Of a stretch of DNA of 64,000 bases, positions 1-12,598 are shown piece by piece (position 1 is the stretch's first letter; each line of letters starts with the position of its first letter). Origin of the DNA: Chrysomallon squamiferum (lineage: Eukaryota; Animalia; Mollusca). The stretch covers positions 2,604,001 through 2,668,000 of the forward strand of contig CM022671.1 in assembly GCA_012295275.1 (NCBI GenBank). The letters run 5' to 3'. A program made the translations under genes and the position numbers. A model generated the notes under the pieces. That model did not search any database. It had not been told where the DNA came from and saw only the letters and a list, made by a program, of their open reading frames with translations.

Positions 1-574
1 GTTTGACACATATCTAGGAAGTTAAAATAAAAAGCCGCAAAGTCAAATAAAAACATGTTTTGACAAAATTTAAAAAAAGAAAAAAATGGTTTAGTTATTT
101 TTTGGTGTTTTATTTTGTTTCAAACAAGTTTGTATATGCATCTTCATAGAGACAGAAAATTACACAACGCGGCTTTTAATCCACAAGTTATGAGATAATG
201 GTTAGAACTGGAAATAGACTGATGAAAGAATTATTCTGCAACCGACTACATTTGAGAAGCCGCACTCTTGCCACTGACTACAACCCATACCGTGAGTTTA
301 GTGTTTGGTTACGTGAACACGTTTAGCTAATCTTGTTTTTACTTGCTGAAGGAAGACGACTTAAAATAACAGACAGAAATAATTCTGAAACCAGAGTGGA
401 TCGCGGAATTCCACAGTTCTTTCCCAGTGAACTCTGAGATAAAATTAATGAGTTAAGAATGAAATGACGACTAAAAATAAATTATGTTTATACAGCAGAG
501 ATTTCTTCTTCTTCTTCTTAACTCAGTCCTAATTTCAATCATTTATTTAGAAAACATAAATATAATTCATCACG

Positions 575-720
575 AAGGAAGAAATATTTTCTTCAACACA
601 TTATTAAGAAACGGATATATGGTGTCATACATATTATACATGAAGCCATTTTGAAATATTTTTTCCAGTAAGCAACAAGTGATATTTTATAAACACACAT
701 CACGGCTTTTGTATTTGGTT
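575..720. mobile_element. Highly decayed fragment of a probable interspersed repeat (SINE-like)
   Basis: Shares GG(A/T)TATATGGTGTCA(T/C)AC and a downstream TTTT-CAGT-AGCAA..G block with 26140-26270. A related block TTTTCATATCAGGAGCAAGGGATGTTTT lies at about 22905-22935. Resemblance to a gastropod SINE is from memory and unverified. Confidence 0.35.
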
Positions 721-2656
721 AAGAAAGGACATGGGACAGTGGGCGCGCTGAATAGGAGTGATTCTTAGCCCTCATCTTTAATATTCATCCACATCGTATC
801 CCAGAAATCTAGAAACATTATATAGTATTAATAAAGAAAGAGGTAGCTTAAAACCAAATGATAAGAGAAATGATACGTTTGTAATTAAGAGTCAGTAGCT
901 CAGAGTACACACCTAGATAGATGAATAAAGGGTACGGGATCGTTCTTCTTCAGTGCGCCCTTTGTAAATTTGCTTTCCAATACAGGCGATGATAACTGCA
1001 TATTCAACAGCGCTGATAACATATAATAGTAGTACATGAAATGAGGGCAGTGTGTTTCAAATTTCAAACTGTAATCACATAATTATTATGCAGTTAACTG
1101 TCAATATAATAAAAACTGCGATATAGCAAATACAAATACAGAAACACACACACACAAACAACAACAACAACAACAACAACACAACACAAACATGTAAGTC
1201 GTCTGTATCGGTGGAAACGAACAGAAAATTTTAAATGGGTCAAGAACACGATTAGTTCAGAAAAAGAAACGTGACACTGAGGGGATTATTAAAGACAGAG
1301 TCAAGGCGACAAACTCGTCTACAAGTATTTAAATTTCAAACAAAAACAGCAGCCGTAGTAGGGGGTGGGGGTCGCGAGACTCTCCATTTGCCGTGGACAG
1401 CTACTGATGACAAAATAATATTAAAATGATGTTCTTATTTGCAGTAAATCAGTTAATTATATTGTAATATTAGTAAAAATTTAATGATAACGAAAAGCTA
1501 TATTTCCAGCTATAATTTTAAAACGGTTTATTTCGTTTGCTATATTCGGTATGACAATAACGATAAAATTTGCAGTATTCAGTATAATGTCATGTGACAT
1601 TAAATATACTTCTAAAATAATTAATATGCCGGTATACATAATATAATAATATTACATTAAGACTTTTCTTTAAACAAATCCCCTATTCGGATCCCATTGT
1701 ACATATTGCGAAATACAGTTTGCCGAAATATACATTGGAATTTACTATATATTCAGTAAACCATGTTCGTTAATATTTGAACAGTTGATAATACCAACCC
1801 TAATAGTTTCTTATCCCCGCATATAAATCATTATATAAAACAGAACAAAGTATGTCAGTAAACAGATAGTTAGATAGAGAGATAAACAGACAGTGAGACA
1901 GATGGACGAACAGAGGGATACACAGACAAAAAGAAAATCAAATAAACAGAAACAGACAAGATAAATTTATACTAGTAGAAAGATAGCTACAGACAGACAG
2001 TCAGTGAGACAGACCGAAAACCGATAGGGACTAACAGCGAGATAGATAGACAGACAGACAGAAAACAGACAAGAAAAAATGTTAGACAGACAGAGAGAGA
2101 GAGAGAAAAAGGCCGGACAGTTTCAATTTGAAAATAACCTCTTCAGCATTTTTATATAATTAAGAGACAAAGACAAAATATGTATGTATATATTCTCTAT
2201 ACACTGATGTTGAAAAAAAAGTATTTTTATTACCGACTGACATGTAATTAAACGACCTTCTGCTACTGTGGCAATATCGCACGGCAAGGGAATGTTAAAC
2301 CGACTCAATAACGAGGACTGACAGTCGGGAAATATTAACGAATATTTAGGCCTGCTTGACATAACATTAATACACTGGCCTATTTGTGAAAGATATCGAT
2401 TTTACAGAAGGAATTTACAGGAAGTCAAAATCAGAACAACATATGCCAGTGATACTATAAAGTTATGAAAAACGTTTAAAATTATATAAGAAACGTATGA
2501 TATACAAACGTGATCGAACAAAGTACGTGCTTGTTTAAAACAGACGTGATCATATGTTTGATAGACAATTTTCACTATTATACGCGACATGGTAATTACG
2601 GGCATTTACTCACATAACATGTATCTGTAAAGGAAAAGTCGCTAAAACACACTTAC

Positions 2657-2732
2657 ATTCAAAGGCAAAATTAGAGAAATCACTCCCATCCATCGCTATA
2701 ACGACAACCCTAGGATCCTGTCCCTCTGCCAT
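2657..2732 (-). CDS. Universal stress protein (UspA-like) family gene, first coding exon only; remaining exons not found in the window
   Basis: ATG at 2732 gives MAEGQDPRVVVIAMDGSDFSNFAFE, then a phase-1 GTAAGT donor at 2656-2651. R-V-V-x-I-A-x-D-G-S-x-x-S-x-x-A-F-E is the N-terminal beta1/alpha1 motif of USP domains. Confidence 0.8.
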
Positions 2733-3315
2733 GTTTTTCAAAGTGAAGCTGTTTTCTAATGGATCGTTCCGTTGACCGATATTGAGTTCGAGTCGGAGCT
2801 CCAACTAACGCGTTCATATTGAACAGAAGATCAACAGTGCAGACGATTTCACTCGTTCGGTAAAATGTACTCTGTTTTCCCGCCAAAGAAATATGAAACA
2901 TGTCCTCTAGCTTCGCATAATAGCCATTGGTGACGAACAAAATAATTATTTTATATAAATAAATTCGTGTATAATATTTGGAAGGCTGAATTAACAGAAT
3001 AATATTATTTGCTTTGTTACGCGTGACAAAACGCCATTATATACGCGATCTGCAGGATCGATAAATAATGTAAAAGACATTAAAGGTATATACGTAAATG
3101 ATAAAAAGAAGAATTAATGTGCAAAAAGAACAAATGGTTATTTAGCGATTTAATTATCTACACAGATTTGTTATGTGTTACATAGCACGTTCTATACACG
3201 TGTTTAGTGTTTGTAAGACGTTGACTTCTCGCTAAACAATACACGTATATCGACCCTCTGAATCAGATTAACTCTGTCAGCTGCTTAACACAAAAACAAT
3301 GATGATTGAAGTTAA

Positions 3316-3319
<4 letters not shown>

Positions 3320-3404
<85 letters not shown>

Positions 3405-3428
3405 GTGTGTGTGTGTGTGTGTGTGTGA
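3320..3428. repeat. Compound microsatellite (CT)n(GT)n
   Basis: Directly visible. It generates the spurious ERERER/SLSLSL ORFs. Confidence 0.97.
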
Positions 3429-3517
3429 CGGCGCGGGCGTTTGTTCATTTTCTGTTTGTGAGCTTGTCAGGTGTTTTTTTTTGCTATATAAATCTGTAAC
3501 TGTTTTTTTCACTGACT

Positions 3518-3760
3518 AATACATACATACATACATACATACATACATACATACATACATACATACATACATACGTTGATTCGTACATACAAACGTACAC
3601 ACCCACACACATATCTGTATACATGAATTCATACATATACACACATCTACATACATTCATACATGCATATGTACACACCCACACACATATCTGTATACAT
3701 GAATTTATACATATACACACATCTACATACATTCATACATGTATATGTACACTTACATAT
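3518..3760. repeat. (TACA)n microsatellite followed by a ~76-bp direct duplication
   Basis: TACA run at 3518-3573. The unit GTACACACCCACACACATATCTGTATACATGAAT... starts at about 3595 and again at 3671. Confidence 0.9.
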
Positions 3761-5146
3761 ACATTCTCATACTCTAGTCTGCAGTAAACACACAAAAATC
3801 AAAACATATGCCTTTAAGTATACATTTATAAAACGACCCAGTTTATAGACTGTGTGGTGAAGTCACTATTTATTATATTATTACTATTATTACTTCATAT
3901 CGATCCTCCGAGTAATGGAAACTGAAGAAAGGTTAATGCTGTTCATGGTGTCTACTGAGGGGGTGCAGGCAAACCAATCCAGCCCCTTTTCGGATCAAAG
4001 GAGCAAACTGCAGCTCTATGATACAAATGGAAAAATTAAAATAATCCTACAGCGTCACTAGCCATAACCATTTAAAACATTCACGGGGGTGGGGGAATCG
4101 AAAAAAGTGATCGAGCCGACAAAAATGTTTTGATATTTCACCTTTATTCATTTATTTATTTATTTATTTATTTTATTTTATTTTATTTATTTATATTTTT
4201 AGTTTTTAAAAAGTATTTATAAAAATTATTTTATCATTCTTATTATTGATTTATTATTATTATTACTAGTATTTTTTTATTATTTTTTTTTTTTTTAAAC
4301 GAAACTGAAAAACATATGTTTTCCGTTTTCACCAAAACATGATGCTTTAGGCATATTTTCTTTATTATTCATAATGTTAAAAGGTCAATTTTGTAGAAAG
4401 GAAGTTTCTACATTTATGATTTTCAATTGCCAATAACTTTGGATCTAAAAGAATTATTTTGTTTATGTACGCTAATAATGAAAGTATTTTGGAAATGAGT
4501 AAAATGTACTAATTTCATCTGAAAATTTGTTGCATGTCTGGAAGTACAGTAAATATAAATATTTAAAATCTCATCAAATCGATAGGGTTAATAAAACAAA
4601 AATAAATAAATGAAAACCAGTGACGTCTGTGAAGTTTCAATCATAATAATGTTGTATAAATAGTCAGGCACTCAGAACATTGTAAATAAAATTTGTTTTG
4701 TGTGACAACATCGTTACAGAATATTGATTTATTCTCCATCATTACATCTTGAAAAAATGACCGGATTGGCATGCAGGCTGTTAGGATATAAATAAACATA
4801 GATTCTCATTTATATAAGACCCTATAATTCAAAGAATTTTCAGAAAAATTCGGCTAAGAGCAGAAAAGCACATATTTGATTTATATTTGAAAATATTGGC
4901 GATCTCGGATTTCAGAAATGGGAACATGGCAATGTAATGGATATAGCTTTCAAATAAAATCAAATTCATTATTTAACCAAATAATAAATAAATAAATAAA
5001 ATAATGTCAAAGCAAAAAAAAAAAAAAAAAAAAGAAAAGAAATGCCGTATATTTTCTTACGACTGTCAAACTCGTATTTGTGTTGATAGTGCATTTATTT
5101 ATACCAATATTTAAGTTCCATTAGCCTCAATTTGATATTATTATAG

Positions 5147-5297
5147 CAATGGGCCACAGAGCAACAATGCCCGGTCAAGTCATGTGCGATTGCTAGTCTT
5201 CCCGTCATATCCTGTCACGTGTTCACCGAGCTGGACGATAACAAAGATGACGTCTGCACGACATCCGACATCAGAGAATTTAACGTGGAAGGGGATG
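5147..5297 (+). pseudogene. Orphan EF-hand-coding exon, probable remnant of a paralogue of the 6989-8772 gene
   Basis: After TATAG| an open frame reads QWATEQQCPVKSCAIASLPVISCHVFTELDDNKDDVCTTSDIREFNVEGD(G)|gtcaat. It has an F-x-x-L-D-x-N-x-D loop and ends D-G at a phase-1 GT, like exon 2 of the neighbouring gene. Flanking exons appear broken. Confidence 0.45.
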
Positions 5298-5719
5298 GTC
5301 AATAATATTTAATTTAACAAAATAAAGAAATAAAGAAATAAAAAGTGATAAATAAACAAAAAATGAAGAGAAATATCCAAGAAATGTTTTCATCAGTTCG
5401 TCATTTTCTGATTATTTAAACTGAGGCGAAACTGTCAATATTTATTTATTTTAAATTAAATGTCAAAGTCTCAGCAGAGAAATAAAGGCCAAGAAGCACC
5501 GTTGTGTGACATAATAATTTGAAACTTGTAATATGAGCAGTACAGTGATAAACACACACGCACACGCACACACATTTGCATAAACATTTCAAATTGCAGT
5601 ATTAACTGAAGAATGAATTCATGAAGATAAGACACGTGCATCGATCAGCGTGTCAAAACACGGATTCAAATCGCCAAATTGTCAAATGTTACCTTTAACA
5701 TAATTTTTCTGTATTTTAC

Positions 5720-5750
<31 letters not shown>

Positions 5751-6988
5751 TTTTCAGAATTATACTAATATAGAAGCGTAAATATAAAAGTTGTCTTCGG
5801 ATGTTAAAACAAGAAATAATCTTTCATTTGTTTCAAAGAATAATGCGAAATAATTCAAGGATAATTCATGTTCCAAATCCAGTCACTGGTTGAAGTACGT
5901 CTACATGAACGCATGACTGAGGGAAGGGAGGAAATAACTCTATACTTAAATGGCGACATTTAATTGGGTAAATGGGTTTTCATTCATACCTGAGTTGACG
6001 AATCAGACAAAACAATTTAGAGTATCTGTGGACTGTCTTCTCGCAAACATTCCATCGAGACAGCCAAAAACAGACAATTCTGCGCAGTCACAGAGCGCGG
6101 TTAAATATTCAAACAAATAAAATATCACCTTGGACTGATAGTGACACTAAAATACGTGTGGTTGTGTCACTGTGCTACTAAGATTTAGTAAGTAGTACAT
6201 TTTATGTTTATATCATTAACACATACTTTTATTAGCATTAACTGAATTAAAAATATGTCTTTGTCACAGAAATTTAATAAGATTTGAACCGTTGTATATT
6301 TTGTATTAGTAATATCGTTGTACAATTATTAGTTCGGGTTTTCTAGTTGTACCATTAGCGTCTATTTATCAATTCACAGGTATTAATAATGAACTGTCTT
6401 GAAATACCTCAAGAGATGATTATATATTTTATAATTGTATTTGCTGTTATTGTTGATGTTTTCTCTGTGATCAAGAGGTTGTTGTTGTTTTTATGTTGCT
6501 TGTTTTGTTTTTTTTGTGTTTTTTTGTTCTTTTGGTTGTTGGTATTTGTTTAATAACATTAGTAAAATATAATGAATATTTTTGGTTTATTGGCTGTCTT
6601 AAGAACCTTTTTTAAATCATTTTCTTTTCTTCTTCTTTTAAGGTTGATTTTTAAAAAAATTGAATTTATTTATTTATTTATTTATCTATTTATCTGTTTA
6701 TTATGATTTTTTTTTTTTTTCGATGAATGTTGTGCTAGTTTAATTTAACATTTTAAATTTATAATCATACATTTGTTTTTTCAAGATATTTTGCATACTA
6801 ATGCTGTTAAGGTTCTGTTTGTGTTTAGATAGGTAGACTATATGTAGAGAGGTATGGAGGCAGGCATGCGCATATGCTCTTTTCGTGGATGATTTCTACT
6901 CGTACGTAGTTGCACTAATTCAATGTTTAAAAACGCCAAGTTTCTTACAAAGATACAATTACTCATTTTTCAGTTTACAAGTGACATC

Positions 6989-7457
6989 ATGAAGTTTCTG
7001 ATTGTTTTAGCGCTGGCATCCATTTTGACGACGTCTTCAGGATACCAAAGAATGTGGTAAATGTTTTATAATTATGAAATTGTCATAGAAGAACACTGTT
7101 TATGCACACATGTAAAATCATATATACAACAGTTCGGTTTAATATCTTATATCATTAAGATGATAAAATACTATTTCAGGAATACGATGTCTTCTATGTG
7201 GTACTGCAACCCACCCAAAACTTTGCGAGGCGTCGTAAAACTAGTGATGTTCAACAACATTAGAACTGACGACGACATCATCGATGGAAAGGACTTTTAC
7301 ATAGATGTGATGGAATACGACTACGATGGTACAGAAAAATCATCATTTTTTATGTTAAAATGCACATTCCCATAGACAAGACAGTACATAACATGGCATT
7401 TGGTGAACCCGTTGCTATTTTATTTCATTTTTTAAATATATTCAATGTTTAAAATTA

Positions 7458-7521
<64 letters not shown>

Positions 7522-7624
7522 TTTTAATTAGTATTTATTTATTTATTATTATTATTACTATTTTTCTACCGTTATGTTTTACTATTAAAATGGTATGCAT
7601 TGATCTAACTACCTTGATCAGTAC

Positions 7625-7673
<49 letters not shown>

Positions 7674-8772
7674 TTTGTTTGTTTGTTTGTTTGTTTGTTT
7701 ATTAGGTAACCCTTGTCGACTGGAAAGGTGGGAATGGATGTATTACTGGAAATGTGTATACGGATACACAGAGAGGTACGCAGGCTGGTTCTTTGATAGA
7801 TTCGATCCTCAGAGGCTCGGCTACTACGATCTCAACAAAGCTTTAGGAAACAACAGTAAATATTTCTAAATTAATGTTAATTATGATAAAAGTTTTCTTG
7901 TAGAGATGTACTAAGTTATAATTTTTATATCATAGATAATGATGATTTTCTTAGAAAGTTTAAATAATGTGTTAGTAATATATTAAAAAAAATTAAAAAT
8001 ATGATAACATTCTGTTAAAGAAGTTTATTTATTTATTTATTTAAAATATTTAAAGTTGATGGTATTACATGTCACTATATTTTTTTTTTCTCTTAATTAT
8101 GTCGTACAGTAATTATATTATATCAATATATTTTCTAAACATATTTTATTTTAGGTTTTACAATTCAAGAATTCAAAGAAAGACAATATGATGTAAGTAT
8201 TAGATTATCTTTTTCATTCACTTCGTTCTTAGCCACCTGTTATAGGTTCTTAACTCCTGGGTTCACCTTTTGACCATTTTATCTTTCCATGTCATGAAAT
8301 TTTCGTACGTAAACACACTTCACCGATTAAAGTGAAAAACATAAGATGATATAATAAAATAATAATTAACACAATTTATAAATAGTAATTATTATTATTT
8401 CTAAAATCTGGTACTGGAATACTTATTCAGCATTACAGCTGTAACGTGTTTTGTATCACATGACTGCAAACGATGAAGACGGATATTTATGCAGATTTCT
8501 TAAACTTTGTTTTCGGTTATGTTAAATAAACATTTTCGAGATTAGCAGTTGTTGCGGATTATACATAGCAACACCATATTTGGGCTGTGTATTAGTTCAC
8601 TATATATCAGATTATTACTGTGTCTTAATGTGTGTTGAATAATTTACTTCCTTAATTAAATTCCTCTTTCCAGCGATTGGCTGTTGACTACTGCAACAAC
8701 ACCGTCAACTGGCAGGATTCGCTCTGCGACCGCGTCAAAGCCGAGTCGAGAGAAATGGTTCTAGCTGATTAG
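6989..8772 (+). CDS. Secreted 167-aa Trp/Tyr/Cys-rich protein with degenerate EF-hand-like loops (mollusc shell-matrix-like family, inferred)
   Basis: Exons 6989-7056, 7180-7328, 7706-7855, 8155-8192, 8674-8772, all GT-AG, join in frame (504 nt) and end in TAG. Signal-peptide-like MKFLIVLALASILTTSSG. Loops TDDDIIDGKDF, YDYDGNPCRLERWEW and FDRFDPQRLGYYD. An acceptor just before the ATG (6973) implies an upstream non-coding exon. Confidence 0.85.
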
Positions 8773-8818
8773 CTGAGTTTGATACTAAAACATCTTTGAA
8801 TATTGTACTTCGAAGTTA

Positions 8819-8879
<61 letters not shown>

Positions 8880-10499
8880 GTATTTTAGTTTGTTTTATAA
8901 TAAAGGTATTTATTTAATCTTGTTATATCAGAAGTGTATTGTTGTTAGTACTAAATACATTGTGATATGAGGTAAATCAATAAATAAATAAACAAATGGG
9001 TTAATTATATTGGAATCCTGGACAAAGCCAACATGGCGGTCAGATCTAAAATAATAAATTTTTCATGACATTGCATTGAAACAATGAAATTTGTTGATGA
9101 TTAATAATTTGGGGTTTTTTTTGTTGTTGTTTTTTTATTATTTATTAAAGTACAGTTTTTTTTTTCTTGCTTATTATTATTTTTTTTTAATTCGAATAAT
9201 TACACACTTTTATAAGAATGAACTCTTTACCTCATGTTACTACCAACCTTTACAAAACACGTGTATTTTCTGTTTAGTGTTTGGGGTGGGGGGATTGAGG
9301 CTCCCACACCGGCGAAAAATGAAGTGTTATCTGAATGACCGACTAGACTAGATTGTTTAACAAAATCTTATTAACGTATTCTTATTGAACAAAAAAAATC
9401 TGTACAGTGTACATTTAATAACCGGAAGTTCTGCGCCTTTGTGCGAGTGCGTGCGTGCATGCGTGGCTGCGTCTTACAGGGAGTTTGTGGCGCACGAGAT
9501 TTTTTAAATAACGAAATTTCGGTTCAAAACGCATTACAAAGTGTGTTTCCAACTCTTCCAAGGCTTTTCTAGGACTGACATTTAATTAAACAAAACAAAT
9601 ATTGAAAGAGTTCGCTTCAGTTTTTTTAAACAGATTTTTAAAAGTACTTTTACAGAAACACTTTAATTTTTATTCAGGGATTATGTTTTGTTTATTTTAA
9701 CGTTTTCGTCGTGTTATTATATTTATGTTCTGATCTTTACATTTTTACATGCTTTCATTATTTTTGTTTGTTTGTCTGTGGGTCTTACTGACATTTTTTT
9801 CTTTTATTAAGGAGATGCCAGTATGTTATATGTTACTGAGAGATGACGTTTTAGTAATATTGAACATATACAGTTACAGTTTATTAGTTTTATTCACGCA
9901 AAAAACACACTTGCTCACAATATGTATTATATTTCATTTACTGAAAGCAAGAATTATTGTAAACAAAAATCTTGAATTGAAAAACCGTTTTATTATTATT
10001 TTTTTTTTATTTATTACTTTTTATTTAACAGGAGCGGTTACAAAATAACGACATAATAAAATAATATAAAGCAGCATATCAAATGTATATAGATGTGCAT
10101 CTATTATCAACGAACACATAAGCGAAATGCATACAAATATATTTCTGAACTTTAGTCGTTAACTCCACAATTAAAGTTTAAGATGTTACTAACTTTATTC
10201 TTTGGAATATAATTTATGTATACGTGGTCTAAAAAGTAGGAGCACCATGAAGGGATAGAGGGGATACAGGCACTACGTGTAAAATATGCACGAAGGGACT
10301 GTGTTTCAGTGAAAGAAAAAAGCACATGCTTATGATATTGGAACAATTTATCTAGCAACATGAATGAAAACACACGGATCGCTTAACATACTATATCTGT
10401 TAAATACTCGTTTTCTTCTGTTTTCATTTATGTGACATAAACAGTTACCTGATTATACTCAGCAGAAATACATATTAACTGCCATTCCGGTATTATGTG

Positions 10500-10910
10500 A
10501 AACACACATACCATCATGCAGGCATGTTGTTGCATATACAATAGTCTACATTACATAACAAAAACAGAGTATCATATGATAAACTTGTATCATCATTCTG
10601 ACACTGCATGATATAATACACATATCATTCTGGCATCTTATAATATACATGTACCATTATTCTGGCGTCATGTCATATACTGCATAATACATATACCATC
10701 ATTCAGACATCACGTTATACACACTTATCATCATTCTGGTCCGATGTCATAAACTCGTATCATCATTCAGTAATCATGACACGAACGTCTACCATATTTC
10801 TGGCATCATGCCACGTACACATTCTGACATAACATCACACAGAATCTTTCACGCAACGTGTGATATACACGTACCATCATATAAACAGACATACCTTTTT
10901 TCTTGCATTA
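10500..10910. repeat. Degenerate tandem repeat, unit about 30-35 bp (consensus-like ACACGTACCATCATTCTGACATCATG)
   Basis: CATCATTCTG/CATTCAG cores recur at roughly regular spacing. Confidence 0.75.
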
Positions 10911-12367
10911 TGATGAAGTAAACATTTGTGACGCAACATTTTTCACTGTGACGCAACATAATCACATGACAAACGTATGTTCGTTCATTCGTGGTATACA
11001 TTCATTCAGTTATCACGAGGCATATCGTAGAGCCTCATTCAAAGAGAACACTAAAAAAATGTCATAGCATCTTTATGATATATCAAACAGTAACAAAAAG
11101 TTAACAGTACGACAATATAATATTTAACTTTCTCAACAAGTATATGAGGGTAACATAAGGACATTCAAATAAAAAGTAATAGAACATGTAAACATAAAAA
11201 GTAATATAAAGTTATATAGTAACAAAAAAGTTCGTAAGATTATAAAAAAAAAAAGGACGTAAAAACAAGCAAATACAGAAACTAACAAAATAAAATATCT
11301 TTATAAACTGGTTGTAATCTGTAACATTGCACCTAATGGAAAACGTTAGATCTATGAATTGTAATGTGTGAAAATGCTTCTCTGATACAAATAAATCATT
11401 CTTAAAAGGTAAGAAAAAACGAATGGTACCTTAGTTTTCCCAACGAGTTAAAATAGTGGATGAAAGGTACTAATGTTTATTAATTTTAGTTCATAATAAT
11501 CTTAGTTTTGTTCAAAATAGGCAATGATTAACTGAATCTTAATATGATAACAACTGATTACTTTATTAAACAAATACACATATTTAAATAAATGTAGCCA
11601 GGAGCAGAATTAATTAAAAACACAGAAACGTTTTCACTGAAGAGGTAGAAATTCATCACAAGTGTGGAAATTAAAGTTATTTTATATCTTAGGTAAAGTA
11701 CACTCTACTTTGGTAGTTAGTTCTGCTACAATACATTTTGGTTACAAAATGAACTAAGTCCTGTATAAATTTTACTGTTATTATCAGTATATGAATGTTA
11801 TTATATTCATGAGTATTATATAATTACATTTTACACAAATATTACGATGCAGAGGAAAAACGCTATCATAAATTTTAGATATCTGTTAATACATCTTGTA
11901 TAACTACTTTTATCACATTCTGTAAAAATTCGCTTATGTCTGCTAAACATTTTATTTTTATTTTATTAAGTTCTTTAGAAAATGTTATTTCGTCATTTAG
12001 AAATATGTCACTATATAATGTATATAATAACCTACTGCCATTAACGAAAGTAATACTGCTGAAGAAAGCAGAGTTAGACAAAAGAGAGCAATGCGCCAGG
12101 CTGTGAAGATACAATCAAACCATTCTGAAAATATACTATTGTATTTTTGATAAACAAAACCTATGGTACTGTAATATATGTCATAATAAAATGATTTTAC
12201 ATTCCCCAGAATATATATAAAGCACAGTTTAAACTTAATTCACAGCAGTAGAGTCACACCACTTGATTCTTTTATCTGCTGTTTTCAATACTGCTGAAGA
12301 AAGCACAGTGAGATAAAAGCTTTACACAGGAGATAACAATGCACCAGGCTGTGAAGACAGTCACGTT

Positions 12368-12540
12368 TCAAAAAGCACCAACAGTTAGGACATCAAAACA
12401 TATATCACACACGCGAACAGGCTTTGACAAGTTGAATTTAACAATTGGCATGTCTTTGCTGGAACATTTTGCACACAGCAAACGTCCACAGTGGCGACTG
12501 AAATAAATACACACATAAAAATTATTAAAAATCAGACACT

Positions 12541-12598
<58 letters not shown>

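Noticed and set aside
885-1010. tRNA-like start (GTAGCTCAG...GGGATCG)
   Set aside because: It cannot form a cloverleaf and lacks a GTTCRA box. At most it is a decayed SINE head.
3263-3848. ORFs with ER/SL/VCMY repeats
   Set aside because: They are translations of (CT)n, (GT)n and (TACA)n microsatellites.
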